A DNA stretch of 45,663 nt. It comes from a virus. Each line of letters starts with the position of its first letter. Within the stretch, counting starts at the first letter, position 1. Position numbers and translations under genes: made by a program. Under the pieces are notes generated by a model. The model saw nothing but the letters and a program-made list of their open reading frames with translations, ran no database searches and was not told the DNA's origin. The DNA lies in IMG/VR virus record IMGVR_UViG_3300048597_000147, positions 1 through 45,663 of that record; one strand, written 5' to 3'. Of this stretch, positions 1 to 6,696 are shown in pieces.

Positions 1-127
1 GATACCCCGTTCCTACCCCAAAAAATCTAGTGGGGGTAGGTGTGTTGTGGTGTTCTGTGATGTGGTGTTATAGGGTGTCGTGTCGTGTTCTGCGCTCCGC
101 TGCGTTGCACTGCGCTGCGCTGTGCAT
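1..127. repeat. Terminal overlap copy 1 (identical to 45537-45663)
   Basis: Read directly: the first 127 nt (gataccccgttcc...ctgcgctgtgcat) recur exactly as the last 127 nt. Unique length is 45,536 bp. This implies a circular, circularly permuted or terminally redundant genome. Confidence 0.95.
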
Positions 128-156
128 CCCGCCCCCCCTTTCCGTACCCCACCCAT

Positions 157-621
157 CTATTCACCCTCGCCCACAATTTCACCCGTGACCGTGCCGACAT
201 CGCCGGCCGACCGTGCCGACGTCGGCGCCGTGCCTGGCGCTGGCGGCAGCAGCGGCGCATCGTCGGCCAACGCAGCCAGGAGGGTTTCAAGGTTGCCATC
301 CGTCGAGACCGTCTTTTGCGTTGGCTTGCCGGCTCCGTACTCCATCGCCAGGCGAACGACCTCCATCACGCCCCGCCAGCTACGTTGTTTCCGGGCAGCA
401 TCCAACGCATCAGCCAGGAGGGTTTCTACCTCCTCGGGGGGGATTGCGTTCCGCACTGCATCCAGGTAGGCACGCTCGACGGCCTTTGGCTTGCGGCCAC
501 CCATGCGATTGCCGGGCGCAAAGCTGCCGTCAGTCCGATGGCTTGGCTTGTCTGCCCGGATAGGCGCCAGGTCGCCGCCTGAACCCGCAGAACCCCCCGT
601 TTGCCCGTCAGTTATACGCAT
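157..621 (-). CDS. Putative terminase small subunit (positional call)
   Basis: 154-aa ORF. Across the terminal overlap it lies on the same strand directly upstream of the large terminase gene. It has a basic Gly-rich N-terminal segment (FAPGNRMGGRKPK) followed by a helical domain. No catalytic motif is visible. Confidence 0.4.
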   Translation of the reverse strand: MRITDGQTGGSAGSGGDLAPIRADKPSHRTDGSFAPGNRMGGRKPKAVERAYLDAVRNAIPPEEVETLLADALDAARKQRSWRGVMEVVRLAMEYGAGKPTQKTVSTDGNLETLLAALADDAPLLPPAPGTAPTSARSAGDVGTVTGEIVGEGE

Positions 622-804
622 CCATACACCTTCTTTCTAACGTCATCGCTATGCCTCTGCAATGCCCCTAGAATCGCCGTGATTCCTCCGAGTGTACATC
701 TGCACCCTCGGGAATCTCCTGGCCCGTCCTATTGCCATTGCCCATGTTCGCCTTGAGTGTACGTCCGTGCTGGCGTGTTGTCTATAGGTTATGTCAACCG
801 GCAT

Positions 805-848
805 ATCGTAGGGGAATCGTAGGGGAATCGTATAGAAACGGTCTGAAT
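805..848 (+). promoter_or_regulatory. Array of four phased 11-bp direct repeats (atcgtagggga / atcgtagggga / atcgtatagaa / acggtctgaat)
   Basis: Read directly. A 32-nt block (816-847) recurs exactly at 9486-9517, and a shorter version recurs at 3453-3473. The array lies in the divergent intergenic region between the packaging operon and the RadC operon. Confidence 0.6.
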
Positions 849-874
849 TTGGTCCGAATTGCCCGCCCCGCCCG

Positions 875-883
875 TGCTACTAT
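875..883 (+). promoter_or_regulatory. Candidate extended -10 promoter element (TGcTACTAT) for the RadC operon
   Basis: gtgctactatgtgg here matches gtgctacactgtgg at 3490-3503. Both lie downstream of the 11-bp repeat arrays. No good -35 is present. Confidence 0.35.
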
Positions 884-1105
884 GTGGTCACAAACGCAGT
901 TCACCCGACGGGGCGCAGGTTCACCCTCGGGGGCACATTAACAAACGGGCGCCGTAACATCTACTGCAAATCTCCTGGTACGCCGAAGGGCTGGGGAGAG
1001 GAACAAGCAAGGACGGCGACCCCATAACGGACAGGTGCGGTAAGTCGCCCGGCTTGGCAGTCGGGATGTGAACAGGTGCCACGAAACTTACCGGAGGATA
1101 GCAGG

Positions 1106-1600
1106 ATGAGCGAACAAATCAGCTTGATTGAGAACGAAGAACGGCCCCGCAAACGTGGTCATCGGGTGCCCGTGCTGGCGTTGAAGATGGTGCGTGAACG
1201 TGACCTGTACATGGAATCCACACAGGTGCGCAGTCCGGCAGACGTTCACGAAATGCTGAGAGGTGACCTTGAAGATTCGCCCTTCGAGGTAATGGTAGTG
1301 GTCACGCTCGACACTAAGAACAAGGTCATCGGCAGCACGCAAGTGTATGCGGGTTCACTTAACACGGCAGTCGTTCGCATCTGTGAGGTACTGCGGCCCG
1401 CCCTGCTACAGAACGCGGCCAGTATCATCATTGCCCACAACCATCCAAGCGGAGACCCGACCCCGAGCCCGGAGGATGTACGTGTAACAGAGATGGTTGT
1501 TGAGGCGGGCAAGCTGATGGACATTGCCGTGCTCGACCATCTAGTAATCGGACTCGGGCGGTACGTCAGTTTGAAGGAGCGTGGTTTGGGTTTCAAGTAG
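1106..1600 (+). CDS. radC: RadC-like JAB/MPN+ domain protein
   Basis: Shows the signature [26 protein letters not shown] (H-x-H-P-S-G ... D JAMM motif) typical of RadC-like JAB proteins. GGAGGA lies 8 nt before ATG 1106. The track start at 1076 is an upstream GTG. Confidence 0.9.
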   Translation: MSEQISLIENEERPRKRGHRVPVLALKMVRERDLYMESTQVRSPADVHEMLRGDLEDSPFEVMVVVTLDTKNKVIGSTQVYAGSLNTAVVRICEVLRPALLQNAASIIIAHNHPSGDPTPSPEDVRVTEMVVEAGKLMDIAVLDHLVIGLGRYVSLKERGLGFK

Positions 1601-1673
1601 GCGAAACGGGGCACGGCGCCCCGTCCGTAGCAAGTAGCTACGCTGACGAGCCTTAGATGGAGAGGGTAGAGCA

Positions 1674-1958
1674 ATGAACGTCAATCCCTATGTTGTTCTT
1701 TCAACTGGAGAGCGATTGTACTCGCATAGTGTAGGTGAAGCAGCAGCAAGCGCGGCCCTGGAGGAAGGACGCACCCTCAAGTGCGGAGAGTACGAAGCAG
1801 GAAGGTATCGAGTCGAGGCGAACGGGCGCACCTGGAAAGCTTATTATCTAAAGGATAAAGATGGCTACATCTACGCAAACCAGGGCGACACGGTAAACAT
1901 TACAGCAATCATGTGTGCCCTGTATTCATGGGACCAATGGCAGATACAAGAGGGGTGA
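1674..1958 (+). CDS. Hypothetical protein (94 aa)
   Basis: ORF with GGAGAGGG upstream. It sits in the early operon. No motif recognised. Confidence 0.6.
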   Translation: MNVNPYVVLSTGERLYSHSVGEAAASAALEEGRTLKCGEYEAGRYRVEANGRTWKAYYLKDKDGYIYANQGDTVNITAIMCALYSWDQWQIQEG

Positions 1959-1962
1959 GAAG

Positions 1963-2157
1963 ATGAAACGCTACAACAATGCGCCTAAGTTTATGACCGC
2001 TAAGTATGCGGGGGTCTGCGCAGAAACCGGTAAGCCTATCAAGGTGGGCGATAAGATTCTTTACTCTGGTGGCAAGGCATACACCGAGGATAGTCAGTCA
2101 TACCGGGACTATGCAAGTGCTGAGTTTGACCGTGTTTGGATGGGGCAAGAGTACTAA
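1963..2157 (+). CDS. Hypothetical protein (64 aa)
   Basis: ATG 1963 is preceded by aggggtgag. It abuts the stop of the previous gene. Sequence begins MKRYNNAPKFMTAKYAGVCAETGKPI. Confidence 0.55.
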   Translation: MKRYNNAPKFMTAKYAGVCAETGKPIKVGDKILYSGGKAYTEDSQSYRDYASAEFDRVWMGQEY

Positions 2158-2168
2158 GGAGACCAGCT

Positions 2169-2660
2169 ATGTACTTCTCAGGATGCAGCACCGTTGCGGA
2201 GATTAAGACAGAGTATCGTAGGCTTGCGATGCTTCACCACCCGGACAGAGGCGGCGACACTGCCACGATGCAGGCCATTAACGCAGCGTACCACGCAGCA
2301 TTGAAGGCAGCCGATGGGCAGACCAGCGCCGGCAGCGATGGCAAGGAACATACCTACCGCTACAACGAACAGACCGAGCAGGCTGTAATGGAAGCACTGG
2401 CCGCAATCCTGCGGGTGAAGATGGATGCGGAGGTTTGGCTTATCGGTCTGTGGATTTGGATACAGGGCGACACTAAGCCGGTCAAGGAAAAGCTAAAGGA
2501 ACTCGGGTGCATGTGGCACAGTCAGCGGGCGTGTTGGTACTGGCGCCCTCCTGAACTCAAGCGCTACGGCAAGAGCAAAGGCGACCTTGGGTATCTCGCT
2601 TCCAAGTACGGGGCGAAGGGATTCAAGACGACGGTAGACGGCCAGGACCTGGCAGCGTAA
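2169..2660 (+). CDS. J-domain (DnaJ-like) protein with a Trp-rich C-terminal domain
   Basis: AEIKTEYRRLAMLHHPDRGGD is the J-domain helix II plus HPD loop. AAGGAG lies 7 nt before ATG 2169. Confidence 0.85.
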   Translation: MYFSGCSTVAEIKTEYRRLAMLHHPDRGGDTATMQAINAAYHAALKAADGQTSAGSDGKEHTYRYNEQTEQAVMEALAAILRVKMDAEVWLIGLWIWIQGDTKPVKEKLKELGCMWHSQRACWYWRPPELKRYGKSKGDLGYLASKYGAKGFKTTVDGQDLAA

Positions 2661-2751
2661 CAGGTAGGACGGTTCACGCCGGAGGAGGGGTGCAACTCCC
2701 CTCCCTACCCCTAGCAGTACAGCAATCGATAGTCAAGAGGAGACAAGACCC

Positions 2752-2955
2752 ATGACCGTATATGAGAAGCACGCATACATCTATGGCTATAAGATTGACG
2801 GGCCGGCGACCTGCTACTATCTGCCTACCCCACGCTCACGCAAGTGGCGCCGGGCATGGAGTGTTAAGCAGTACTCGGAACAAGCATACGCACAAGCGGA
2901 GAAGTTTTTGGTATCGGGTACGTGGCACGCTTTCAAGTTTGAAGGGGGGATGTAA
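2752..2955 (+). CDS. Hypothetical protein (67 aa)
   Basis: ORF with AAGAGGAG upstream. No motif recognised. Confidence 0.55.
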   Translation: MTVYEKHAYIYGYKIDGPATCYYLPTPRSRKWRRAWSVKQYSEQAYAQAEKFLVSGTWHAFKFEGGM

Positions 2956-3236
2956 TGCCTACTGAGTGCGAGATATGCCATGAGGATTATGAGCAGGCTA
3001 GCGATAGTCCATACAACATCTGTCCGGAGTGCTGGCAGGAGCAGCGCCAGCATTACACCGGTGCAGATGAGCCGCCCCCTACACCGGAGGAACTGGAGCA
3101 GGAGCGCGCATACTACGCATACCTCGACAGTGTATATGGGGTGAGGGCGCCGGACCCGGTGGATGCAGCAGCCGACGACGACGACGATGACCAGGGATAT
3201 TGCGGCCCGACGTGTGGACGGTTCGGGAACTGGTAA
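2955..3236 (+). CDS. Small zinc-ribbon protein with an acidic tail
   Basis: CEIC...CPEC pattern and a run of Asp residues. Its start overlaps the previous stop (TAATG). Confidence 0.6.
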   Translation: MPTECEICHEDYEQASDSPYNICPECWQEQRQHYTGADEPPPTPEELEQERAYYAYLDSVYGVRAPDPVDAAADDDDDDQGYCGPTCGRFGNW

Positions 3237-3247
3237 GGAGGGGAGGT

Positions 3248-3460
3248 ATGTACCACGCACGGCTTATGTCTGGACGGTGCAGGACAGGGACGGATAAGCA
3301 GGGCCAGGTCACGCACGCAGTATCGACGGACGCCTATCCATCTTGGGATGCTGCGCTATGTGGTAAGGCGCCCGGTATCCGTGGTAATGGGTGGTCTAGT
3401 TGGCAGGCGCCCTCGGTCACATGCCCTAAGTGCTTGGCTAAGATGCAAGAGGAATCGTAG
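3248..3460 (+). CDS. Hypothetical protein (70 aa, C-terminal CPKC)
   Basis: ATG 3248 is preceded by AAGGAGGGGAGG. The track ORF 3200-3460 has an unsupported upstream start. Confidence 0.55.
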   Translation: MYHARLMSGRCRTGTDKQGQVTHAVSTDAYPSWDAALCGKAPGIRGNGWSSWQAPSVTCPKCLAKMQEES

Positions 3461-3473
3461 GGGAACTGTCTGA
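3453..3473 (+). promoter_or_regulatory. Third copy of the 11-bp repeat family (aatcgtagggga actgtctga)
   Basis: Read directly. It overlaps the stop codon of the 3248-3460 gene and lies 20 nt upstream of a TGcTACACT extended -10 (3491-3499). Confidence 0.5.
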
Positions 3474-3480
3474 TTCATGC

Positions 3481-3507
3481 TTGCCCATAGTGCTACACTG
3501 TGGGCAA
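3481..3507. promoter_or_regulatory. Near-perfect 27-bp palindrome TTGCCCAtAGTG-cta-CACTgTGGGCAA over the candidate -10
   Basis: Read directly. 12-nt arms with one mismatch. Operator-like. Confidence 0.4.
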
Positions 3508-3970
3508 GCAATCAACTATCGCAGTCCCAAAGGAGGAAAATGGTAGGGTGCCGGACCTTGATTCAATCCTGGCCTATGTCAAACGGCCGGGGCAATATGG
3601 CGGGCTGTCATACACAGCATGGGTGGATGCTATTGCAGCAGAGGAGAATCAGAACATGAACAAGTCACTTGAAGATATGACGATTGAAGAACGGGTGGAA
3701 CTGGCGGGCGCCGTGTTCGCCTCTGACCTGTCGGACCTGGAAGATGAGCCGCCACCTATGCCCGACCTTGACACGGCGCTGGCCCGGATTGCAGCGGAGA
3801 ATCCGGCAGCGGCAGCGGCAGCCCGGGCCTACCTCGACCGGAAGCACGATGCCCTATCGGAATGGGTGCGGCTGAGGGTATCACCGGCAGAGAAGGGCCG
3901 GCTGTATGCGGAGGCGGAAGCCAAAGGGATTACGTTCTCGGACCTGGCACGGGAAAAGATGGGACTGTAG
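3500..3970 (+). CDS. Hypothetical protein with a C-terminal ribbon-helix-helix (CopG/MobC-like) motif
   Basis: C-terminus is RVSPAEKGRLYAEAEAKGITFSDLAREKM. The true start may be GTG 3548, downstream of AAGGAGG (3530-3536), because GTG 3500 lies inside the candidate promoter and palindrome. Confidence 0.65.
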   Translation: MGKQSTIAVPKEENGRVPDLDSILAYVKRPGQYGGLSYTAWVDAIAAEENQNMNKSLEDMTIEERVELAGAVFASDLSDLEDEPPPMPDLDTALARIAAENPAAAAAARAYLDRKHDALSEWVRLRVSPAEKGRLYAEAEAKGITFSDLAREKMGL

Positions 3971-3973
3971 AAG

Positions 3974-4012
3974 AAACCCCCGGGCAATTGCCCGGGGGTT
4001 TTGTTATTGTCT
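3974..4012. terminator. Bidirectional intrinsic terminator between convergent operons
   Basis: AAACCCCCGGGCA-at-TGCCCGGGGGTTT stem (3974-4001) followed by ttgttattgt. A T-run is also present on the other strand. Confidence 0.8.
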
Positions 4013-4288
4013 CGGCATCTTAGGCACGGGCCAGAGCAGCAACCACATGCGGCCGGCCCGAGGTCTGCGCAGCAGCAGCGGCAGCCAGAGGGTAAGCCGC
4101 ACCAACGCCAGCACCAGGAGCAGGGTGCATAGTTCGGCTGCACCCATCGGCCAGAAGTGCGCCCCCATTGCAAGCATTACCCTCTCATATGGAGTGTACG
4201 CTACAGACCCAAGTACATACATCCATATAGCCGACAACCCCACCCACTTAATGATTGTCCACAGTCTACCTACCGTCATCCTCCCCAT
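4004..4288 (-). CDS. Small membrane protein (94 aa)
   Basis: Three hydrophobic helices (LWTIIKWVGLSAIWMYVLGSVA, AAELCTLLLVLALVRLTLWLPLLL). Last gene of the early-left operon. Confidence 0.6.
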   Translation of the reverse strand: MGRMTVGRLWTIIKWVGLSAIWMYVLGSVAYTPYERVMLAMGAHFWPMGAAELCTLLLVLALVRLTLWLPLLLRRPRAGRMWLLLWPVPKMPRQ

Positions 4289-4362
4289 CCTCCCTGCCCC
4301 GATGTCTCGGGAATCACATTTCCACCACTGGATTAGGGAGTTCGTTCCCTAATCCCTAATCC

Positions 4363-5136
4363 TTATGTCGAGTTAGAAACTGCCCGGGCTTGCGACTCAC
4401 GCAGCTTCAATTGTTCCAGTGCCCGGTATGCGTCGGTCCGGTTCTTCGTTGCAAGCTTCGGCTTGCGTCCTTCGTAGGTGACCAGTCGAGCAGCGACGAG
4501 CTTTGCTTGTGCGTTGTCCCACCTGGTCTGTCCCCACCCGTGGACCTGGTTCATGTGGTCCCGGCCCCACTTGTCGCCGGCAAGCGCACGCTCTAGCAGG
4601 GTGACCGCATCCTGGTGTGCCTTGAGGTCGGGCGAGGTCGGCGCCGTGAATACCTTGTCCACCTTGCTGCCTACCTGTAACTTGTTCAGTGCAATTCGTA
4701 GCTCCGCTTCAAGGTTAGTGATGGTCTGGTCCTTGAGGCGCAGCGCATCCGCTTGTTCCTGTAACTGCGAACGCAGCAACTCGTTCTGGTTGACCAGTTC
4801 ATTCCATTGTCCGATGGTCACCGCCTTCTGCAGTTCATCATGCAGGGCTGTGACCACCATCGCCCACCCGAATACCAGCAGGCCCACGGCCAGGGCGCCG
4901 ACCCCTACCGCAGACCATCGGGGCCACACGTCGGCCACCAGGCCCGACGTGTGCAGCAATCCATGGATGCCGAGCCATGCACCCACGGTGAGGGCAGCGG
5001 CGCCGAGCCCCCCGCCGAAGTTCTGAGCCCACACAGAACGGACCTGCGCAGTGTTCGTACTGCGCAGTGTCCTTCCTGTTACCGTCGCCGCCTCGCCTGG
5101 CGGAGCGTATGGTTCAACGAACTGGCGTTCCCTCAT
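4363..5136 (-). CDS. Membrane plus coiled-coil protein (257 aa), hypothetical
   Basis: Two TM helices (GGGLGAAALTVGAWLGIHGLL and SAVGVGALAVGLLVFGWAMVV), then a heptad-like segment. The start abuts the upstream stop. Confidence 0.7.
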   Translation of the reverse strand: MRERQFVEPYAPPGEAATVTGRTLRSTNTAQVRSVWAQNFGGGLGAAALTVGAWLGIHGLLHTSGLVADVWPRWSAVGVGALAVGLLVFGWAMVVTALHDELQKAVTIGQWNELVNQNELLRSQLQEQADALRLKDQTITNLEAELRIALNKLQVGSKVDKVFTAPTSPDLKAHQDAVTLLERALAGDKWGRDHMNQVHGWGQTRWDNAQAKLVAARLVTYEGRKPKLATKNRTDAYRALEQLKLRESQARAVSNST

Positions 5137-5137
5137 G

Positions 5138-5656
5138 CTATGCCGCTTGTCTCAATCCCCCGTAACCCTTCGGCCCGACCGTGTAGTATTGCCGTGTAAC
5201 CTTGACCACCTGGCCCCGATGGTAGACCTTGACTTCCTTCTCCTCGGTGCGTTCCAGTTCTAGCGGCAGGTCCCAGGATTCGTAACGTTCCGGGTTGCGC
5301 CCGAGGGATGCGGCCGGTGCATCCATATCCTCGAACTGCCCCTCGTACACACGCCTGGCGCTGACTGCCTGGCCGTTGGTGGGGAGGAAGCGCACGCCGA
5401 AGTGCTGGCAAACTGCTTCCCAATTCCCGAACCGGTAGCGCAGGGCTGATACTGAAATGGCGCCTTTGTCCCTGTTGCGTTCGTAGTCCCGTCGCCCCCG
5501 AGCTATCCCCGGAGAACCGGGGATAGTCAGGCTGCGCTTAGTTGCGGCAAATGCGGCCGGGTTCTCCATGCACGCCGCTTCGTGCCGGGCGACCGACCGA
5601 GTTGCGCACGTTGCGCCGCAGTGCTGGCACTGCGTATACTCAGGCGCCCGGCCCAT
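5138..5656 (-). CDS. Putative DNA-binding protein (Zn cluster plus homing-endonuclease-associated-repeat-like motif)
   Basis: Contains CQHCG...HEAAC, and ISVSALRYRFGNWEAVCQHFGV resembles the FGSW..A...G helix motif of HNH-associated repeats. The start is set at ATG 5656 because the upstream part of the 237-aa track ORF is a 13-Arg out-of-frame read of a GCC repeat. Confidence 0.5.
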   Translation of the reverse strand: MGRAPEYTQCQHCGATCATRSVARHEAACMENPAAFAATKRSLTIPGSPGIARGRRDYERNRDKGAISVSALRYRFGNWEAVCQHFGVRFLPTNGQAVSARRVYEGQFEDMDAPAASLGRNPERYESWDLPLELERTEEKEVKVYHRGQVVKVTRQYYTVGPKGYGGLRQAA

Positions 5657-5900
5657 CGCTATCCTCCGCCGCCGCCTCCGCCGCCGCCGCCTCCGCCGCC
5701 TCCCATTTGCGCTGCCTCTCGTTGGACATTGCGGCATGAACAGCGGAAGTAACTGCGCCCCCGATGTTTTCCGCAGTGTTGCGAACCATATCGAGCGACC
5801 CCCTTGCCTGGATGTTGGCCTCGTCCACCGTAGATATGGCGTAGTGCTCATTCCGATACCAAATAGTGATGTTTACGCTGACTTCGTAGGCGTTCTTCAT
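5640..5900 (-). CDS. Hypothetical protein (86 aa) with an Ala/Glu-rich tail
   Basis: Plausible globular N-terminus (MKNAYEVSVNITIWYRNEHYAISTV). ATGA overlap with the upstream gene. Confidence 0.6.
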   Translation of the reverse strand: MKNAYEVSVNITIWYRNEHYAISTVDEANIQARGSLDMVRNTAENIGGAVTSAVHAAMSNERQRKWEAAEAAAAEAAAEDSDGPGA

Positions 5901-6544
5901 GCGTGTTCTCTCCCGTTGGTTGTTGTCATTGCGGCCCGTACTTCGGCCAGGTCCTTCTGCACGGTGCGAACTGATACCCGCAACTGTTCCGCAATCTCCG
6001 GCTGCGTGATACCTTGCGCCGCAAGTTGCGCCGCAGCGTGCGCCCGTTGCGGGTTGCGGGGTAGTGGTGCGGATGGTGCGGGTCCCGCACTCTCCGCAAT
6101 TGCGGGTTGCGTGCCCGCAGGCGCCGCACTTTCTTGCGTGTTCTTGCGGGTCTGCTGCGTGGGCTTGCGGGGTGCGGCTTCCTCACTCAGCGCAGCATGG
6201 AGGGCAGACAAGACCCCCTCAGCTACAGGGCCAAACCACCCGAACGCAATCGCCGCCAGCCAGGGCGCCCCGTTCTCGACGTAAAGAAACATCTGGAGCA
6301 GCCCGGACATAACACCGAACAATGCAATCCCTACGCCGGCCGCCACCTTGACGTTACTGGTGCGGGCAATAACGAACGAGTAGACAGACAGAGCGTTCGC
6401 TACACCCACACTAAGACCCAGGGTCCAGACCACTAGGCCGCTGTGGAACTTGGCTGCGTAGTCATGCACGTTGACGATGCTCCAAAGGACGGTGACGATA
6501 ATCACCACGACGATGCTGCGCTTAATGATTGTCCGATGGTCCAA
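5897..6544 (-). CDS. Polytopic membrane protein fused to a C-terminal helix-turn-helix
   Basis: Four or five hydrophobic helices in the first ~115 aa, then a low-complexity linker, then GITQPEIAEQLRVSVRTVQKDLAEV (HTH). Confidence 0.75.
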   Translation of the reverse strand: MDHRTIIKRSIVVVIIVTVLWSIVNVHDYAAKFHSGLVVWTLGLSVGVANALSVYSFVIARTSNVKVAAGVGIALFGVMSGLLQMFLYVENGAPWLAAIAFGWFGPVAEGVLSALHAALSEEAAPRKPTQQTRKNTQESAAPAGTQPAIAESAGPAPSAPLPRNPQRAHAAAQLAAQGITQPEIAEQLRVSVRTVQKDLAEVRAAMTTTNGREHA

Positions 6545-6695
6545 CCTCCTCCCTCCTCTCCTCTACCTGCTGTGCCTGTAACCTATCGTATTCTTCCAAC
6601 AGTCGGGCCAGTGCATCCCGGTCCACCACGGCCAGGGGGCCGGGCCGCTTCACCCCCTGGCGCAAACTCCACAACTGCCGTGCAGTCGGCGGCAT
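6522..6695 (-). CDS. Hypothetical small protein (57 aa)
   Basis: ATG 6695 is preceded by GGAGGG at 5-nt spacing. Contains LARLLEEYDRLQAQQVEE. Confidence 0.45.
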   Translation of the reverse strand: MPPTARQLWSLRQGVKRPGPLAVVDRDALARLLEEYDRLQAQQVEERREEVGPSDNH

Positions 6696-6696
6696 C

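Noticed and set aside
805-848. Direct repeats considered as a mini-CRISPR array
   Set aside because: The units are only 11 bp, contiguous without spacers, and dispersed in arrays of two to four units. No cas genes are present.
899-935. GGTTCACCC strings resembling a tRNA T-loop
   Set aside because: No acceptor, D or anticodon stems can be drawn around either copy. They are tandem repeats in a leader region.
3477-3659. 60-aa ORF whose internal ATG 3540 follows the AAGGAGG site
   Set aside because: The spacing is only 3 nt, and the Cys/Trp/Arg-rich product is implausible. The overlapping frame encodes a longer protein with an RHH motif.
5657-5851. N-terminal 65 aa of the 237-aa track ORF, including 13 consecutive Arg residues
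   Set aside because: It is an out-of-frame reading of the GCC repeat and overlaps the better-supported 86-aa gene. The start was moved to ATG 5656.
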